Assembly (NCBI GenBank): GCA_963665275.2
Contig: CAXXIN010000018.1
Span: 1 to 64,000 of the forward strand
Direction of reading: 5' to 3'
Source of the DNA: Negativicutes bacterium
Lineage (GTDB): Bacteria > Bacillota > Negativicutes > UBA1444
DNA: 64,000 nucleotides
Shown here: positions 27,797 to 36,682 of the stretch, piece after piece
Layout of the letters: every line of letters begins with the position of its first letter
Numbering within the stretch: position 1 is the first letter of the stretch
Position numbers and translations under genes: made by a program
The notes under the pieces: model-generated
What the model was told of the DNA's origin: nothing
The model's database searches: none
What the model saw: only the letters and a program-made list of their open reading frames with translations

Positions 27797-29107
27797 ATGA
27801 CTGAGTTGCCGGTAAAACAAGAATTGTATGTGGGGGATGATCCGGTAACCTGGGGTCGCCGCTGGAAGATGCTGTTCGCGTCAGTGTCCGGTTATGCGAT
27901 GGATGGTCTCGACATGCTCATCCTGTCCTTCGTGATGACGGCTATTCTAAAAGAGTTCAACCTCTCATTCGCCCAAGGCGGTCTTATTGCAACTTATACT
28001 TTGATCGGAGCCGTAATCGGCGGTTATATTTTTGGTATCATGGCAGACTATTATGGCCGCGTGAAGATATTTTCGGCCACGATTATTCTCTTTTCGATTT
28101 TCACAGGCTTGTGCGCATTTGCCACCTCGGTCAATGAACTGAATATTTACCGTTTTCTCGCAGGACTGGGACTCGGCGGTGAATTCGGCATCGGCATGAC
28201 GCTAGTGGCGGAAACCTGGCCGGCTGAAAAACGGGCCCGCGCCACTGCCGGAGTGGCAATGGGCTGGCAGTTCGGCGTTGTGCTGGCTGCCTTGGTCGCG
28301 GCATTTGTGTTGCCCCTGTGGGGCTGGCGCGGCGCCTTCCTGGTCGGCGTTTTGCCGGCGCTGTTCGCTGTATGGTCACGTGTCGGCATCGCCGAATCGG
28401 ACATCTGGGTCAACCGTAACGCATTCAAAAAATGCATGAAAGCGAAAATTGACGCCTGTGAAGTGCTGACACCCGAAGAACGCGCTGATTATGAAGAATC
28501 GGCCAAGTTTCCGCTGTCACATCTTTTTACGGATAAGCGCAAAATTGTAACGACTATCGGACTGACGATCATGACCAGCGTCCAGAATTTTGGCTATTAT
28601 GGCATTATGATTTGGCTGCCGACGATTTTGATGCAAAAACACAATCTTACGCTGAATAAAACAACCGGCTGGATGGTGGCGACGGTTATCGGTATGATTA
28701 TCGGCATATATGTGTTCGGCTATTTTGCTGACCGCATGGGCCGCCGTCCTGCCTATATCACTTTTTACATCTGCTCGGCTGCGATGGTATGGTTCTACTC
28801 CACTCTTAACGGCGAGATCGCATTGTTGATCGGCGGCGCGGTGCTTGGTTTCTTCTGCAACGGCATGATGGCCGGCTATGGAGCGCTGCTTTCGGAGCAT
28901 TACACTACGGATGCCCGTTCCACTGCACAAAACTTCATCTTCAATTCCGGACGTGCAGTAGGCGGTTTTGCGCCTGTGATTATCGGGATGCTGGCCACCC
29001 AGTATACGCTGAATGGGGCCCTGGCTATGTTGGCCTTTGTTTATCTGGCAGCTGCGGTGAATGTGTTCCTGTTGATCCCGGAAACAAAGGGATCGAAATT
29101 AACCTGA
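27797..29107 (+). CDS. MFS transporter (aromatic acid/NiaP-like clade)
   Basis: 12 TM; G.MADYYGR and G.FADRMGRR motif A; RFLAGLGLGGEF; PET C-terminus. AAGGAGA RBS. Confidence 0.9.
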   Translation: MTELPVKQELYVGDDPVTWGRRWKMLFASVSGYAMDGLDMLILSFVMTAILKEFNLSFAQGGLIATYTLIGAVIGGYIFGIMADYYGRVKIFSATIILFSIFTGLCAFATSVNELNIYRFLAGLGLGGEFGIGMTLVAETWPAEKRARATAGVAMGWQFGVVLAALVAAFVLPLWGWRGAFLVGVLPALFAVWSRVGIAESDIWVNRNAFKKCMKAKIDACEVLTPEERADYEESAKFPLSHLFTDKRKIVTTIGLTIMTSVQNFGYYGIMIWLPTILMQKHNLTLNKTTGWMVATVIGMIIGIYVFGYFADRMGRRPAYITFYICSAAMVWFYSTLNGEIALLIGGAVLGFFCNGMMAGYGALLSEHYTTDARSTAQNFIFNSGRAVGGFAPVIIGMLATQYTLNGALAMLAFVYLAAAVNVFLLIPETKGSKLT

Positions 29108-29141
29108 TTGTTGATTGCAACAGATTGGGACAGTTTATGGA

Positions 29142-29170
29142 TTGACAAGTTTGATACAGGTTGTTATTAT
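29142..29170 (+). promoter_or_regulatory. Sigma-A promoter for pyrKDF
   Basis: TTGACA (29142), 17-nt spacer, extended -10 TGnTATTAT (hexamer at 29165). Confidence 0.75.
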
Positions 29171-29182
29171 AAGAGAAAATAT

Positions 29183-29283
29183 CCTTTAAACTGGTCCCGT
29201 GAGGCTGGTAAGGGGCGGCTTGAGTTCTATAGTTGGTTTGCGCCTTTTCTGCGTGCCTCACACGCGGGAAAGGCGTTTTTTGT
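29183..29283 (+). promoter_or_regulatory. PyrR-binding attenuator (binding loop plus terminator)
   Basis: cctttaaactGGTCCCGTGAGGCTggtaagg matches the PyrR loop consensus. Downstream terminator cgccttttctgcgtg..cacgcgggaaaggcgtttttt. Confidence 0.9.
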
Positions 29284-29328
29284 TGTCGATATGAGAAATA
29301 GGAGAAGAAAGGAGCAACGCTTGAAAAT

Positions 29329-30099
29329 ATGGTAAAGATCATTGAACAGGCGGCGGTTGTCGAAAATACCTTGCTCGCACCCGGCGTATTCCGATTGGTG
29401 GTGAAGGCGCCAAAAATTGCAGAGCAGTGCGCTCCTGGACAATTCGTGATGCTGAGGGTGACCCCTCTCGCAGATCCTTTGCTCAGGCGGCCCATCAGTA
29501 TCGCAGGCGCCGATGCGCAGGAAGGAACTCTCACGTTGATTTGCCGGATCGTCGGGCACGGCACCGACCTCCTGTCTACGGTCAAAGTGGGTGAAATGCT
29601 GGATATCATGGGGCCCTTGGGACGGGGGTTCGACCTGAACTGCAAGCGACCACTGCTGGTAGGCGGAGGCATCGGCCTGGCGCCTTTGCTGTACGTGGCT
29701 GAGGCCTGTTGCCCCAATCCAGTTGAAGTATTGGCAGGCGGGCGCACTGACAGTGAGTTGTTTTGGACGAAGCTTTTTCAGGAGAGTTGTCAGGCGGTCC
29801 ATGTGACAACTGATGATGGAAGTTTGGGAGTTTGCGGCACCTGTGTCGATGCGTTGCCGGAAGTGTTGAAGGCGGGCAACTTTGACAGGGTTATGACCTG
29901 CGGGCCGCGCCCCATGATGCAGAGGGTGGCTGCGGAGGCAGCAAAATTCGGCATTCAGACGCAGGTTTCCCTCGAAGAACACATGGCTTGCGGGTTGGGC
30001 GCCTGTCTTTCCTGCACCTGCGCCGCATCAGACGGCGGAGCACGTCAGGTGTGCAAAGATGGTCCCGTTTTCTGGTCGGAGGAGGTGGCGTGGGCATGA
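29329..30099 (+). CDS. pyrK: Dihydroorotate dehydrogenase electron-transfer subunit
   Basis: PGQFVM, LLRRPISI, GPLGRGF, GGGIG, CGP and the MACGLGACLSC..VCKDGPVF [2Fe-2S] motif. Confidence 0.95.
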   Translation: MVKIIEQAAVVENTLLAPGVFRLVVKAPKIAEQCAPGQFVMLRVTPLADPLLRRPISIAGADAQEGTLTLICRIVGHGTDLLSTVKVGEMLDIMGPLGRGFDLNCKRPLLVGGGIGLAPLLYVAEACCPNPVEVLAGGRTDSELFWTKLFQESCQAVHVTTDDGSLGVCGTCVDALPEVLKAGNFDRVMTCGPRPMMQRVAAEAAKFGIQTQVSLEEHMACGLGACLSCTCAASDGGARQVCKDGPVFWSEEVAWA

Positions 30100-31013
30100 G
30101 TGATGCGTTAGGAATCAATCTGGCTGGCATCAAAATGCGGACGCCGCTGCTGTCCGCTTCAGGAACTTTTGGTTTTGGCGAAGATTTTGCGGACTTCCTT
30201 GATTTTGAACAAGTCGGCGCCTTTGTGGTAAAGGGGTTGACGCGAGAACCTCGCCGCGGAAATGCAGGTCGGCGTATCGCTGAAACTCCGGCCGGAATGT
30301 TGAATTGCATCGGACTGCAGAACCCTGGAATTGAGAAGTTCCTGCAGGAAATTTTACCCCGGATCAAGCAATATGATGTTCCGGTCATTGCGAATATCAA
30401 TGGTAATGTGGTTGAGGACTACGCTTATCTGGCGGAAGCTCTAGACCAAAGCGGTGTTGCCGGTATCGAAGTGAATATCTCCTGCCCCAATACCAAGCAC
30501 GGCTGCATGGCTTTCGGCGTTGTGCCGGAAACCGCAGCGGCCGTGACTGAGGCGGTTAAAGCCAAAACCAGTCTACCTGTGATCGTTAAACTCTCGCCCA
30601 ATGTCACGGATATTACTGTGATTGCCAAAGCAGTAGAAGCGGCAGGCGCCGATGCGGTTTCCCTCATCAATACACTCGTCGGCATGGCAATTGATACCAA
30701 AACCTGGCGTCCGGTGCTGGGGAACGTGGTGGGCGGATTATCCGGTCCGGCTGTAAAACCGGTTGCTCTGCGCATGGTGTGGCAAACAGCGCAGGCGGTC
30801 CAAATTCCCGTTATCGGCATGGGCGGCATTGCCAGCGCGCTGGATGCCGTAGAGTTTTTCCTCGCAGGAGCCCAGGCGGTGGCAATTGGAACGACTAATT
30901 TTGTCAATCCGAGCGCGATGAACGACATCGCAACAGACTTGGCAGCCTATCTGGAGTCCAGGGGACTGAACCATGTTAGCCAACTCATCGGTCAAATCAG
31001 GAAGGAAGGGTGA
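30096..31013 (+). CDS. pyrD: Dihydroorotate dehydrogenase B catalytic subunit
   Basis: ASGTFG, GMLNCIGLQNPG, NISCPN, KLSPNVTDI and GGLSGPAVKP. ATGA overlap with pyrK. Confidence 0.95.
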   Translation: MSDALGINLAGIKMRTPLLSASGTFGFGEDFADFLDFEQVGAFVVKGLTREPRRGNAGRRIAETPAGMLNCIGLQNPGIEKFLQEILPRIKQYDVPVIANINGNVVEDYAYLAEALDQSGVAGIEVNISCPNTKHGCMAFGVVPETAAAVTEAVKAKTSLPVIVKLSPNVTDITVIAKAVEAAGADAVSLINTLVGMAIDTKTWRPVLGNVVGGLSGPAVKPVALRMVWQTAQAVQIPVIGMGGIASALDAVEFFLAGAQAVAIGTTNFVNPSAMNDIATDLAAYLESRGLNHVSQLIGQIRKEG

Positions 31014-31019
31014 TATCTC

Positions 31020-31733
31020 ATGAACAATGCGGAACGATTGATTGTAGCACTGGACATGCCCACAACGGAACAGGTGATGAAAGCGGTCGACACATTGGGG
31101 GATGCCGTCAGCTATTACAAAATCGGCATGGAGTCGTTCTATGGAATGGGGCATACAGTGCTGGCCCAAATGGCTAGCCGCAACAAACGGATTTTTCTCG
31201 ATCTGAAACTGCACGACATCCCTAATACAGTAGCGCGCAGTGTCAAAGCCCTGTGTCAGTTTTCACCGGCTATGACGACTCTGCATGCCGCCGGTGGGCC
31301 GGCGATGTTGAAAGCGGCCGTTGAAGCAGCGAATGAGTGGTCTGCGCAGGCCAACCGCCCCCGTCCCAAACTGGTCGCGATCACGGTGCTTACCAGTCTG
31401 GGTGAACAGGATTGGGCCTCTATGGGGCATCAGAAAAATATCCGGGAGTCTGTGTTGCGATTGTCGATGATGTGTCGTGAGGCCGGAATCGACGGCGTTG
31501 TGGCTTCGCCGCAGGAGGCCGCATCCATTAGGGCTTTATGTGGCAGCGATTTTCTCATTGTGACACCGGGCATCCGACCACTGAACCAAGAGCATGGTGA
31601 TCAGACCCGCACCGCGACGCCGGCTGAGGCGCTGAAGGCTGGATCTGATTATTTGGTTGTGGGTCGTCCGATTCTGGCCGCCGCCAATCCCAAGGCCGCC
31701 GTCCAGGCGATATTGCAAGAGATGGGAAGTTGA
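31020..31733 (+). CDS. pyrF: Orotidine-5'-phosphate decarboxylase
   Basis: LIVALD, FLDLKLHDIPNTV, TVLTS, VTPGIRP, DQTR and VVGRPI. Confidence 0.96.
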   Translation: MNNAERLIVALDMPTTEQVMKAVDTLGDAVSYYKIGMESFYGMGHTVLAQMASRNKRIFLDLKLHDIPNTVARSVKALCQFSPAMTTLHAAGGPAMLKAAVEAANEWSAQANRPRPKLVAITVLTSLGEQDWASMGHQKNIRESVLRLSMMCREAGIDGVVASPQEAASIRALCGSDFLIVTPGIRPLNQEHGDQTRTATPAEALKAGSDYLVVGRPILAAANPKAAVQAILQEMGS

Positions 31734-31760
31734 CACCCTGACAACCGTTAGTGACATGAC

Positions 31761-31813
31761 AAGAGCCTCCTGGGTAGAAGTTTGCTTTCTACATAAGAGG
31801 CTCTTGCGCTTTT
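31761..31813. terminator. Terminator between convergent pyrF and rubredoxin-like gene
   Basis: aagagcctc...gaggctcttgcgctttt. Confidence 0.7.
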
Positions 31814-31831
31814 TAAAGAGTTGTTAAAGGA

Positions 31832-32167
31832 TTACCATTTGCCCTTTTTCATGTGGTTCTCCAACTCGGCTTTTGAATTTTGTTTCATAGCATAGGCTTC
31901 ACCGATCGCTTTTGTGAATCCCAAAACACAGTTAGGGTCGAGATTCAGCACGTTGCCTTCTTTGGCCAGTTTGACAATCTGCTCTGCCAACTCAATGATT
32001 TCCATATGGATGTCATTGGTTCTTTCAGATTTGTAAACCAAAGCCGCAGCTTCCGCACTCAATTCAACGAAATTTTCCTGCGCCTGTCCGCATTTGGGAC
32101 ATTTTTCCGGAGCCTGTTCCCCTTCGTAAACTAGGTTACAAACACTGCATTTAAATAGTTTTTTCAT
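31832..32167 (-). CDS. Rubredoxin-like domain protein with helical C-terminal domain
   Basis: KCSVC..APEKCPKCG rubredoxin knuckles; AAGGAG RBS. Confidence 0.85.
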   Translation of the reverse strand: MKKLFKCSVCNLVYEGEQAPEKCPKCGQAQENFVELSAEAAALVYKSERTNDIHMEIIELAEQIVKLAKEGNVLNLDPNCVLGFTKAIGEAYAMKQNSKAELENHMKKGKW

Positions 32168-32263
32168 TGTTCACCCATCTCCTTTAAACAACTATATTTC
32201 TCTATTAATAAATTCGCGCTGAAATATAAAAATCCTTTTGAATTATGAAAAATATGTTACCGA

Positions 32264-32636
32264 TCACGAATTGTCTGCAACAAAGCGCGGGTAGCGCATT
32301 ATGTCCCGGATCACGGGTGTTTGGCCAAGAATTTCATATCCGGACGGTAATTTGCTTTCCCGTCGATCGGTGATGGCGACGACTCCGGTTCCGGCAGCAA
32401 TCTGCCTGTAAATATTGGGATGGTGGCGGCATGCATGCAGCTGGACATCGCGATAGGTTCGGCTCGGGGAACATATCCAGCAGTCGGGATTGGCGACGGC
32501 CCAGATTGCTGAGAACATGATGAAATATGCGTACGAAGAGTTCGCTGACCAAGAGTTCTTCTGGCGTTTCGCACACACGGTCCTTTAATCGAATAATGAC
32601 CTTGTGATCAACAATTTTGCTCGAAATTATATTCAT
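32264..32636 (-). pseudogene. Remnant of clostridial-type PEP carboxykinase-like gene (internal deletion, frameshift, truncation)
   Basis: GAGGTG RBS followed by MNIISSKIVDHKVIIRLKDRVCETPEELLVSELF. A second frame gives HPNIYRQIAAG..IRDIMRYP. From recall, both resemble segments of the ~580-aa Firmicute PEPCK-like family. Confidence 0.55.
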
Positions 32637-32740
32637 TCTAGTTGCACCTCTCTTTTAATGGTGATGCTATCCGACAAGAATGATAATTAGACACAATATT
32701 ATGGATACCTGTCTGGTTGATATGTATATTTTTGAAAATT

Positions 32741-32801
32741 ATTGCTAGACAACAAACAGCACTCCCAATTAAAACGGGAGTGCTGTTTGTTGTCTAGCAA
32801 T
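32741..32801. terminator. 26-bp perfect inverted repeat / bidirectional terminator
   Basis: attgctagacaacaaacagcactccc, 9-nt loop, gggagtgctgtttgttgtctagcaat. Confidence 0.8.
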
Positions 32802-32821
32802 TCTGATGTCTGCTTTACCTT

Positions 32822-33301
32822 TTAGATGACACCTTCGAACTTGAGCAAAAACTGTGCAACAATCGCGGCGCAGATGAAAGTGCCTGTGTAAACCGAAAGG
32901 GCTACGACGACGATGCGCCACGACATCATTTTGAATTTATCGAGGTCTTTGCCGAAAGACAGACCGGCGAAGGCCAAAATCGGAGTCGCCAGAGCCAAAA
33001 AGTCAACTTTTCCTGTATAATAGCCGATTTCTTTGGCCCAGGGAGAAACTTGCGGCACGGTTGACAGGGTGGCCAAAATGGAGACCCAGAATACCATGGG
33101 AAATTTGCCTGGGATATATTTGGAGCAAGCGATGCCGAGCAGCGCGATGGCGAACATGATCCCGTATCCAGTTGCGGCTTCCGCGATGAACTGACCATAG
33201 CTCATGTTTTTTCCCAGGGCTTCTTTGTAACCGACCGTATTGCCAATCACTGCGATTACGCCCATGACGAGGAGTATGGCAATTGCTTCAGACCATTTCA
33301 T
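32822..33301 (-). CDS. Small membrane protein, partner of DUF3100 protein
   Basis: About 5 TM; FLALATPILAFAGLS and GTF motifs; translationally coupled to the DUF3100 gene. Confidence 0.8.
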   Translation of the reverse strand: MKWSEAIAILLVMGVIAVIGNTVGYKEALGKNMSYGQFIAEAATGYGIMFAIALLGIACSKYIPGKFPMVFWVSILATLSTVPQVSPWAKEIGYYTGKVDFLALATPILAFAGLSFGKDLDKFKMMSWRIVVVALSVYTGTFICAAIVAQFLLKFEGVI

Positions 33302-33303
33302 GC

Positions 33304-34116
33304 TTACTTACCCCCTTCAAGACGTTTGCGCTGGGCAACGCCGATAATTGGCGATAACTTGTTATAGAGGAATACGGTGACCGGCAGCGAGATAAACAAG
33401 GCGAAATAGACGCCAATGATGGAAGTCAGCAGGTTGCTGGCGCCCGCATACATCAGAATGTCTTTGGCCATGCTTGGCACGGCGGCGGCGATAGCGCCTG
33501 AAGAAGCGGCCATCATGCTGCCGGAGCCTACCCCGGCGCCCATGGCTAGGGCGTAGGGATGGATAATGTTCAGCGAAGCGACGAATCCGGCGACAAAGCC
33601 GAGCCAGATTGCGCCGAAGAGGGTACCGCAGATATAGACCGCCATGACGCCGCGGCCCTCGGGCGAATCGAGGCCATATTTTTCAGCAATGATCGCAATG
33701 TTGGGCTCGCGGTCGATGGAATAAGTTGCGCCGATGGTTTCACGGCCCAGTCCCAGCATTAGAGCGATCGGCAATCCGAAGAGTATGGTACCAATAAAGT
33801 GACCGAGTTCTTGAAAGCAAAGGGCCAACCCGGACTGCATCAATTTGACCAGGTTGGGGCCCATGAGAACACCCAGCTTGGCGATCAGCATCAACGTGGC
33901 GAGACCAAGGCATTTGGCCGAGATGTTCATTTCCGGAATGGTCAATGCTTTTAGTTTAGGCAAGCTGATAACAGCGCCGATGATCATGGCGTAAAGCATC
34001 GGCAGGAACAAGAGAACGCCAGGACCGAGTGTCAATTTTTTCGTACCGATCATTTCACAGACGACAACAATGATGAGAGCAAGTGTGTGAACTTTCCAGG
34101 ACTTCAGAATTTCCAA
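33304..34116 (-). CDS. DUF3100-family membrane protein (putative transporter)
   Basis: FLPMLYA, QELGH, RETIGATYSIDREPN, YGLDSPEGRG and AMGAGVGSGSMM. TTG start after GGAGG. Confidence 0.88.
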   Translation of the reverse strand: MEILKSWKVHTLALIIVVVCEMIGTKKLTLGPGVLLFLPMLYAMIIGAVISLPKLKALTIPEMNISAKCLGLATLMLIAKLGVLMGPNLVKLMQSGLALCFQELGHFIGTILFGLPIALMLGLGRETIGATYSIDREPNIAIIAEKYGLDSPEGRGVMAVYICGTLFGAIWLGFVAGFVASLNIIHPYALAMGAGVGSGSMMAASSGAIAAAVPSMAKDILMYAGASNLLTSIIGVYFALFISLPVTVFLYNKLSPIIGVAQRKRLEGGK

Positions 34117-34171
34117 GAATAATTGCCTCCTTTTTTATGGGATTATATGCACTAATTTGGGAGCAAGATGA

Positions 34172-35479
34172 TCAACTGAAGTATTTGTCGAGCAGGGCCA
34201 GATACTCGGTCTTGGACAGGATCGGTTTGAAGTTTGCTTTGATTTCTTTGGCTTTGGCTGCCTGGTCTGCAAGCAAATCAATGACAGTCATGGCTAGCAA
34301 TTTGGCGGGGACGACACAGGCTGCAACATAGTCGGAGGCTTTGAACTCCTTGGTGTGGTGATTGCCGCAGGTGCCGCCGGTAAAGGGGTGCAGAGAGGGG
34401 ATGATGTGCGAAATATCGCCCATGTCTGTTGAACCGCCAAAATGTCCCGATTTGATAATCTTATCAGCCGGCATTAATTGAGCGGCGTTGGCGCCGAACA
34501 GCTCACTTAAATCTTGACAGGCGGTAATTGGCAGATATCCGGGGATCGTATGAATGATTGTTTCGGCGCCTACAGCATCGCCGCCCGCCCGAATCGCCCG
34601 TGTCACCTTGGCATAGGTGGCGTCGATGGCAGCCATTGTTTTGGCTCTCACGTATGTCTCCATCCGAACATCCGCCGGAACGATGTTGACCAGATCGCCC
34701 CCTTTGGTGATAATCGGGTGGACGCGAACAATGTCCTGTTCACGGAAAGTTTCTCGCAAGGCATGTACGCCCATCATTCCCAGCATGGCTGCATTCAGTG
34801 CGTTGATCCCCTGATCCGGCGCACCCGCGGCATGCGCTTCCTTGCCGACGTACTGAATCGTCATACCCACGAAACCATTACTGGATTCTGATAAGTTAAC
34901 CGAGGGTTCGGGCGAATCTTTGTCGGCGTGAACCATCATGGCTATGTCCACATCGTCGAATTCGCCGCGATAGACAAGTTCCTGTTTACCGCCGAGATAA
35001 CGGATTTTTCCCTGATCGCGCAGTTGCTGACGGAACGCGATTTCTACGTATTCTTCCGCCGGAACTGCCATGAAACTGACATTACCGCCCAGCTCGTCGG
35101 CGACTCCGGCGAGTTTCAGCCCCAGCGCTGCACCGAGCATCGCGCCGATTTGCAGATTATGACCACAGGCATGAGCTGCTCCTGTCTGCGGATCGGCATT
35201 CGGACTATCGGGGCAGGTAACGGCGTCAAGTTCACCGAGGATTGCCACATTTGGCCCCACGGCGCCGTGTTTGAGTGAAGTTTTGATGCCGGTGACGGCT
35301 AGCCCTTCACGACAGGAATACCCTAAGTCCGACAGGAACTTTGCTACGGCAGCCGCAGTTTTAAATTCCTTGTAGCCTAATTCCGGGTATTTTTCGGCTT
35401 CGCGGACGAAATCCACGATTTGCGCCGAGTGTTCGTCAATACTTTGACAAACGCGATTTTTAATTTCTTGCACGTCCAA
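34172..35479 (-). CDS. M20-family amidohydrolase (AmhX/AbgB-like)
   Basis: PELGYKEFKT, GELDA, HACGH, VPAEE, GGKQE, HAA..P..G.NAL and GSTDMGD. Start set at TTG 35479 after AGGAGG. Confidence 0.9.
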   Translation of the reverse strand: MDVQEIKNRVCQSIDEHSAQIVDFVREAEKYPELGYKEFKTAAAVAKFLSDLGYSCREGLAVTGIKTSLKHGAVGPNVAILGELDAVTCPDSPNADPQTGAAHACGHNLQIGAMLGAALGLKLAGVADELGGNVSFMAVPAEEYVEIAFRQQLRDQGKIRYLGGKQELVYRGEFDDVDIAMMVHADKDSPEPSVNLSESSNGFVGMTIQYVGKEAHAAGAPDQGINALNAAMLGMMGVHALRETFREQDIVRVHPIITKGGDLVNIVPADVRMETYVRAKTMAAIDATYAKVTRAIRAGGDAVGAETIIHTIPGYLPITACQDLSELFGANAAQLMPADKIIKSGHFGGSTDMGDISHIIPSLHPFTGGTCGNHHTKEFKASDYVAACVVPAKLLAMTVIDLLADQAAKAKEIKANFKPILSKTEYLALLDKYFS

Positions 35480-35660
35480 CAGGCATCGACCTCCTTCTTT
35501 GTCTTCCAAAGTGACTAAATTCGTGCAAACGTTGGCGAAATCCTCTTTGACAGGTAAAAAAATAGAGCGTAACATAGTATTAGATGCAAATTAATCATTA
35601 CCTGTCCAAAAGCTTAAGATAGACCGCTTCGATACAATCTAAAGTCGGGAGGGGGATACT

Positions 35661-35894
35661 ATGCTTTGGTTTTTGATGATCGGTATTATTGCAGGTTGGT
35701 TGGCCGGGAAAATTACCGGGGGCGGCGGATTTGGCCTGATCGGTGATCTGGTTGTAGGGGTTATAGGTTCTTTTATAGGAGGTACCTTGTTCGGATACTT
35801 TGGGCTGAGCAATACCTACGGAACTGTTGGCGAAATTGGTGTGGCAACTGTCGGCGCGATTTTATTGCTTTGGATTGTGAGGCTTATCAGGTAG
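35661..35894 (+). CDS. GlsB/YeaQ/YmgE (transglycosylase-associated) membrane protein
   Basis: GIIAGWLA..GLIGDLVVGVIGSFIGG..ATVGAILLL. Confidence 0.92.
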   Translation: MLWFLMIGIIAGWLAGKITGGGGFGLIGDLVVGVIGSFIGGTLFGYFGLSNTYGTVGEIGVATVGAILLLWIVRLIR

Positions 35895-35911
35895 CTTGGG
35901 GGGGATGACGT

Positions 35912-36481
35912 ATGAGAGTTAAAATAATTTCTAAGGTGCTGTGTTTTGTGTTGGCACTGACGATTTTGTGCATTCCGAGCGTCAGCGCGGCGACTTTTAT
36001 GGAAAAACGCCAGCATATTCGGGATATTTCCGAGACTACCCTGTTGAAACTATATAGTTTGCAGCCCAAAGCGAGAAGCTATGTGGAAAATGCGGCGGGA
36101 TACGCCGTTTTCGGCAACTGGGGCGTGAAGATTATTTTACTGGGTGGCGGTACAGGCAAAGGCATGGCTGTGAACAATCGCAACAACCATGAAACCTTCA
36201 TGGATATGATCGAAGGCACAGTAGGGTTCGGCCTCGGCGCCAAAACTTATAACGTTGTGTTTATCTTCGAAAATGAAAAAGCGCTGAATGATTTTACGGA
36301 AAATGGTTGGCAGATTGGTGGTCAGGTGACTGCGGCGGCCACGGACAGTGTCTCTGGCAGTTCTTATCAAGGAGCTTTTTCTGTTTCTCCGGGGGTATGG
36401 ATGTATGAGATGACTGATAAGGGGCTCGCGCTTGAAATTACTCTTAAGGGAACCAAGTTTTCCAAGAATGACTTGAATTAA
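35912..36481 (+). CDS. YSC84/SYLF-like lipid-binding secreted protein
   Basis: Signal peptide; AAGYAVF, GGGTGKG, GFGLG and TDKGLALEITLKGTK. Confidence 0.8.
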   Translation: MRVKIISKVLCFVLALTILCIPSVSAATFMEKRQHIRDISETTLLKLYSLQPKARSYVENAAGYAVFGNWGVKIILLGGGTGKGMAVNNRNNHETFMDMIEGTVGFGLGAKTYNVVFIFENEKALNDFTENGWQIGGQVTAAATDSVSGSSYQGAFSVSPGVWMYEMTDKGLALEITLKGTKFSKNDLN

Positions 36482-36682
36482 AAACTTCATGGCATATTAA
36501 CACTGCCCGCAATATCACTGGACTTGCAATATCTGCAGGAACAGTGATGTTTTTTGTTTGGCGCAGTCACATTCTCAAGGCTATTTCTGCAGGAACTATT
36601 ATGCGTTACGGCGAATTTGACAGAATATATTATCAATGTTTTGGAGTAGGGTCATCGCAAGAGGAATGGAGATGATTTCTGC

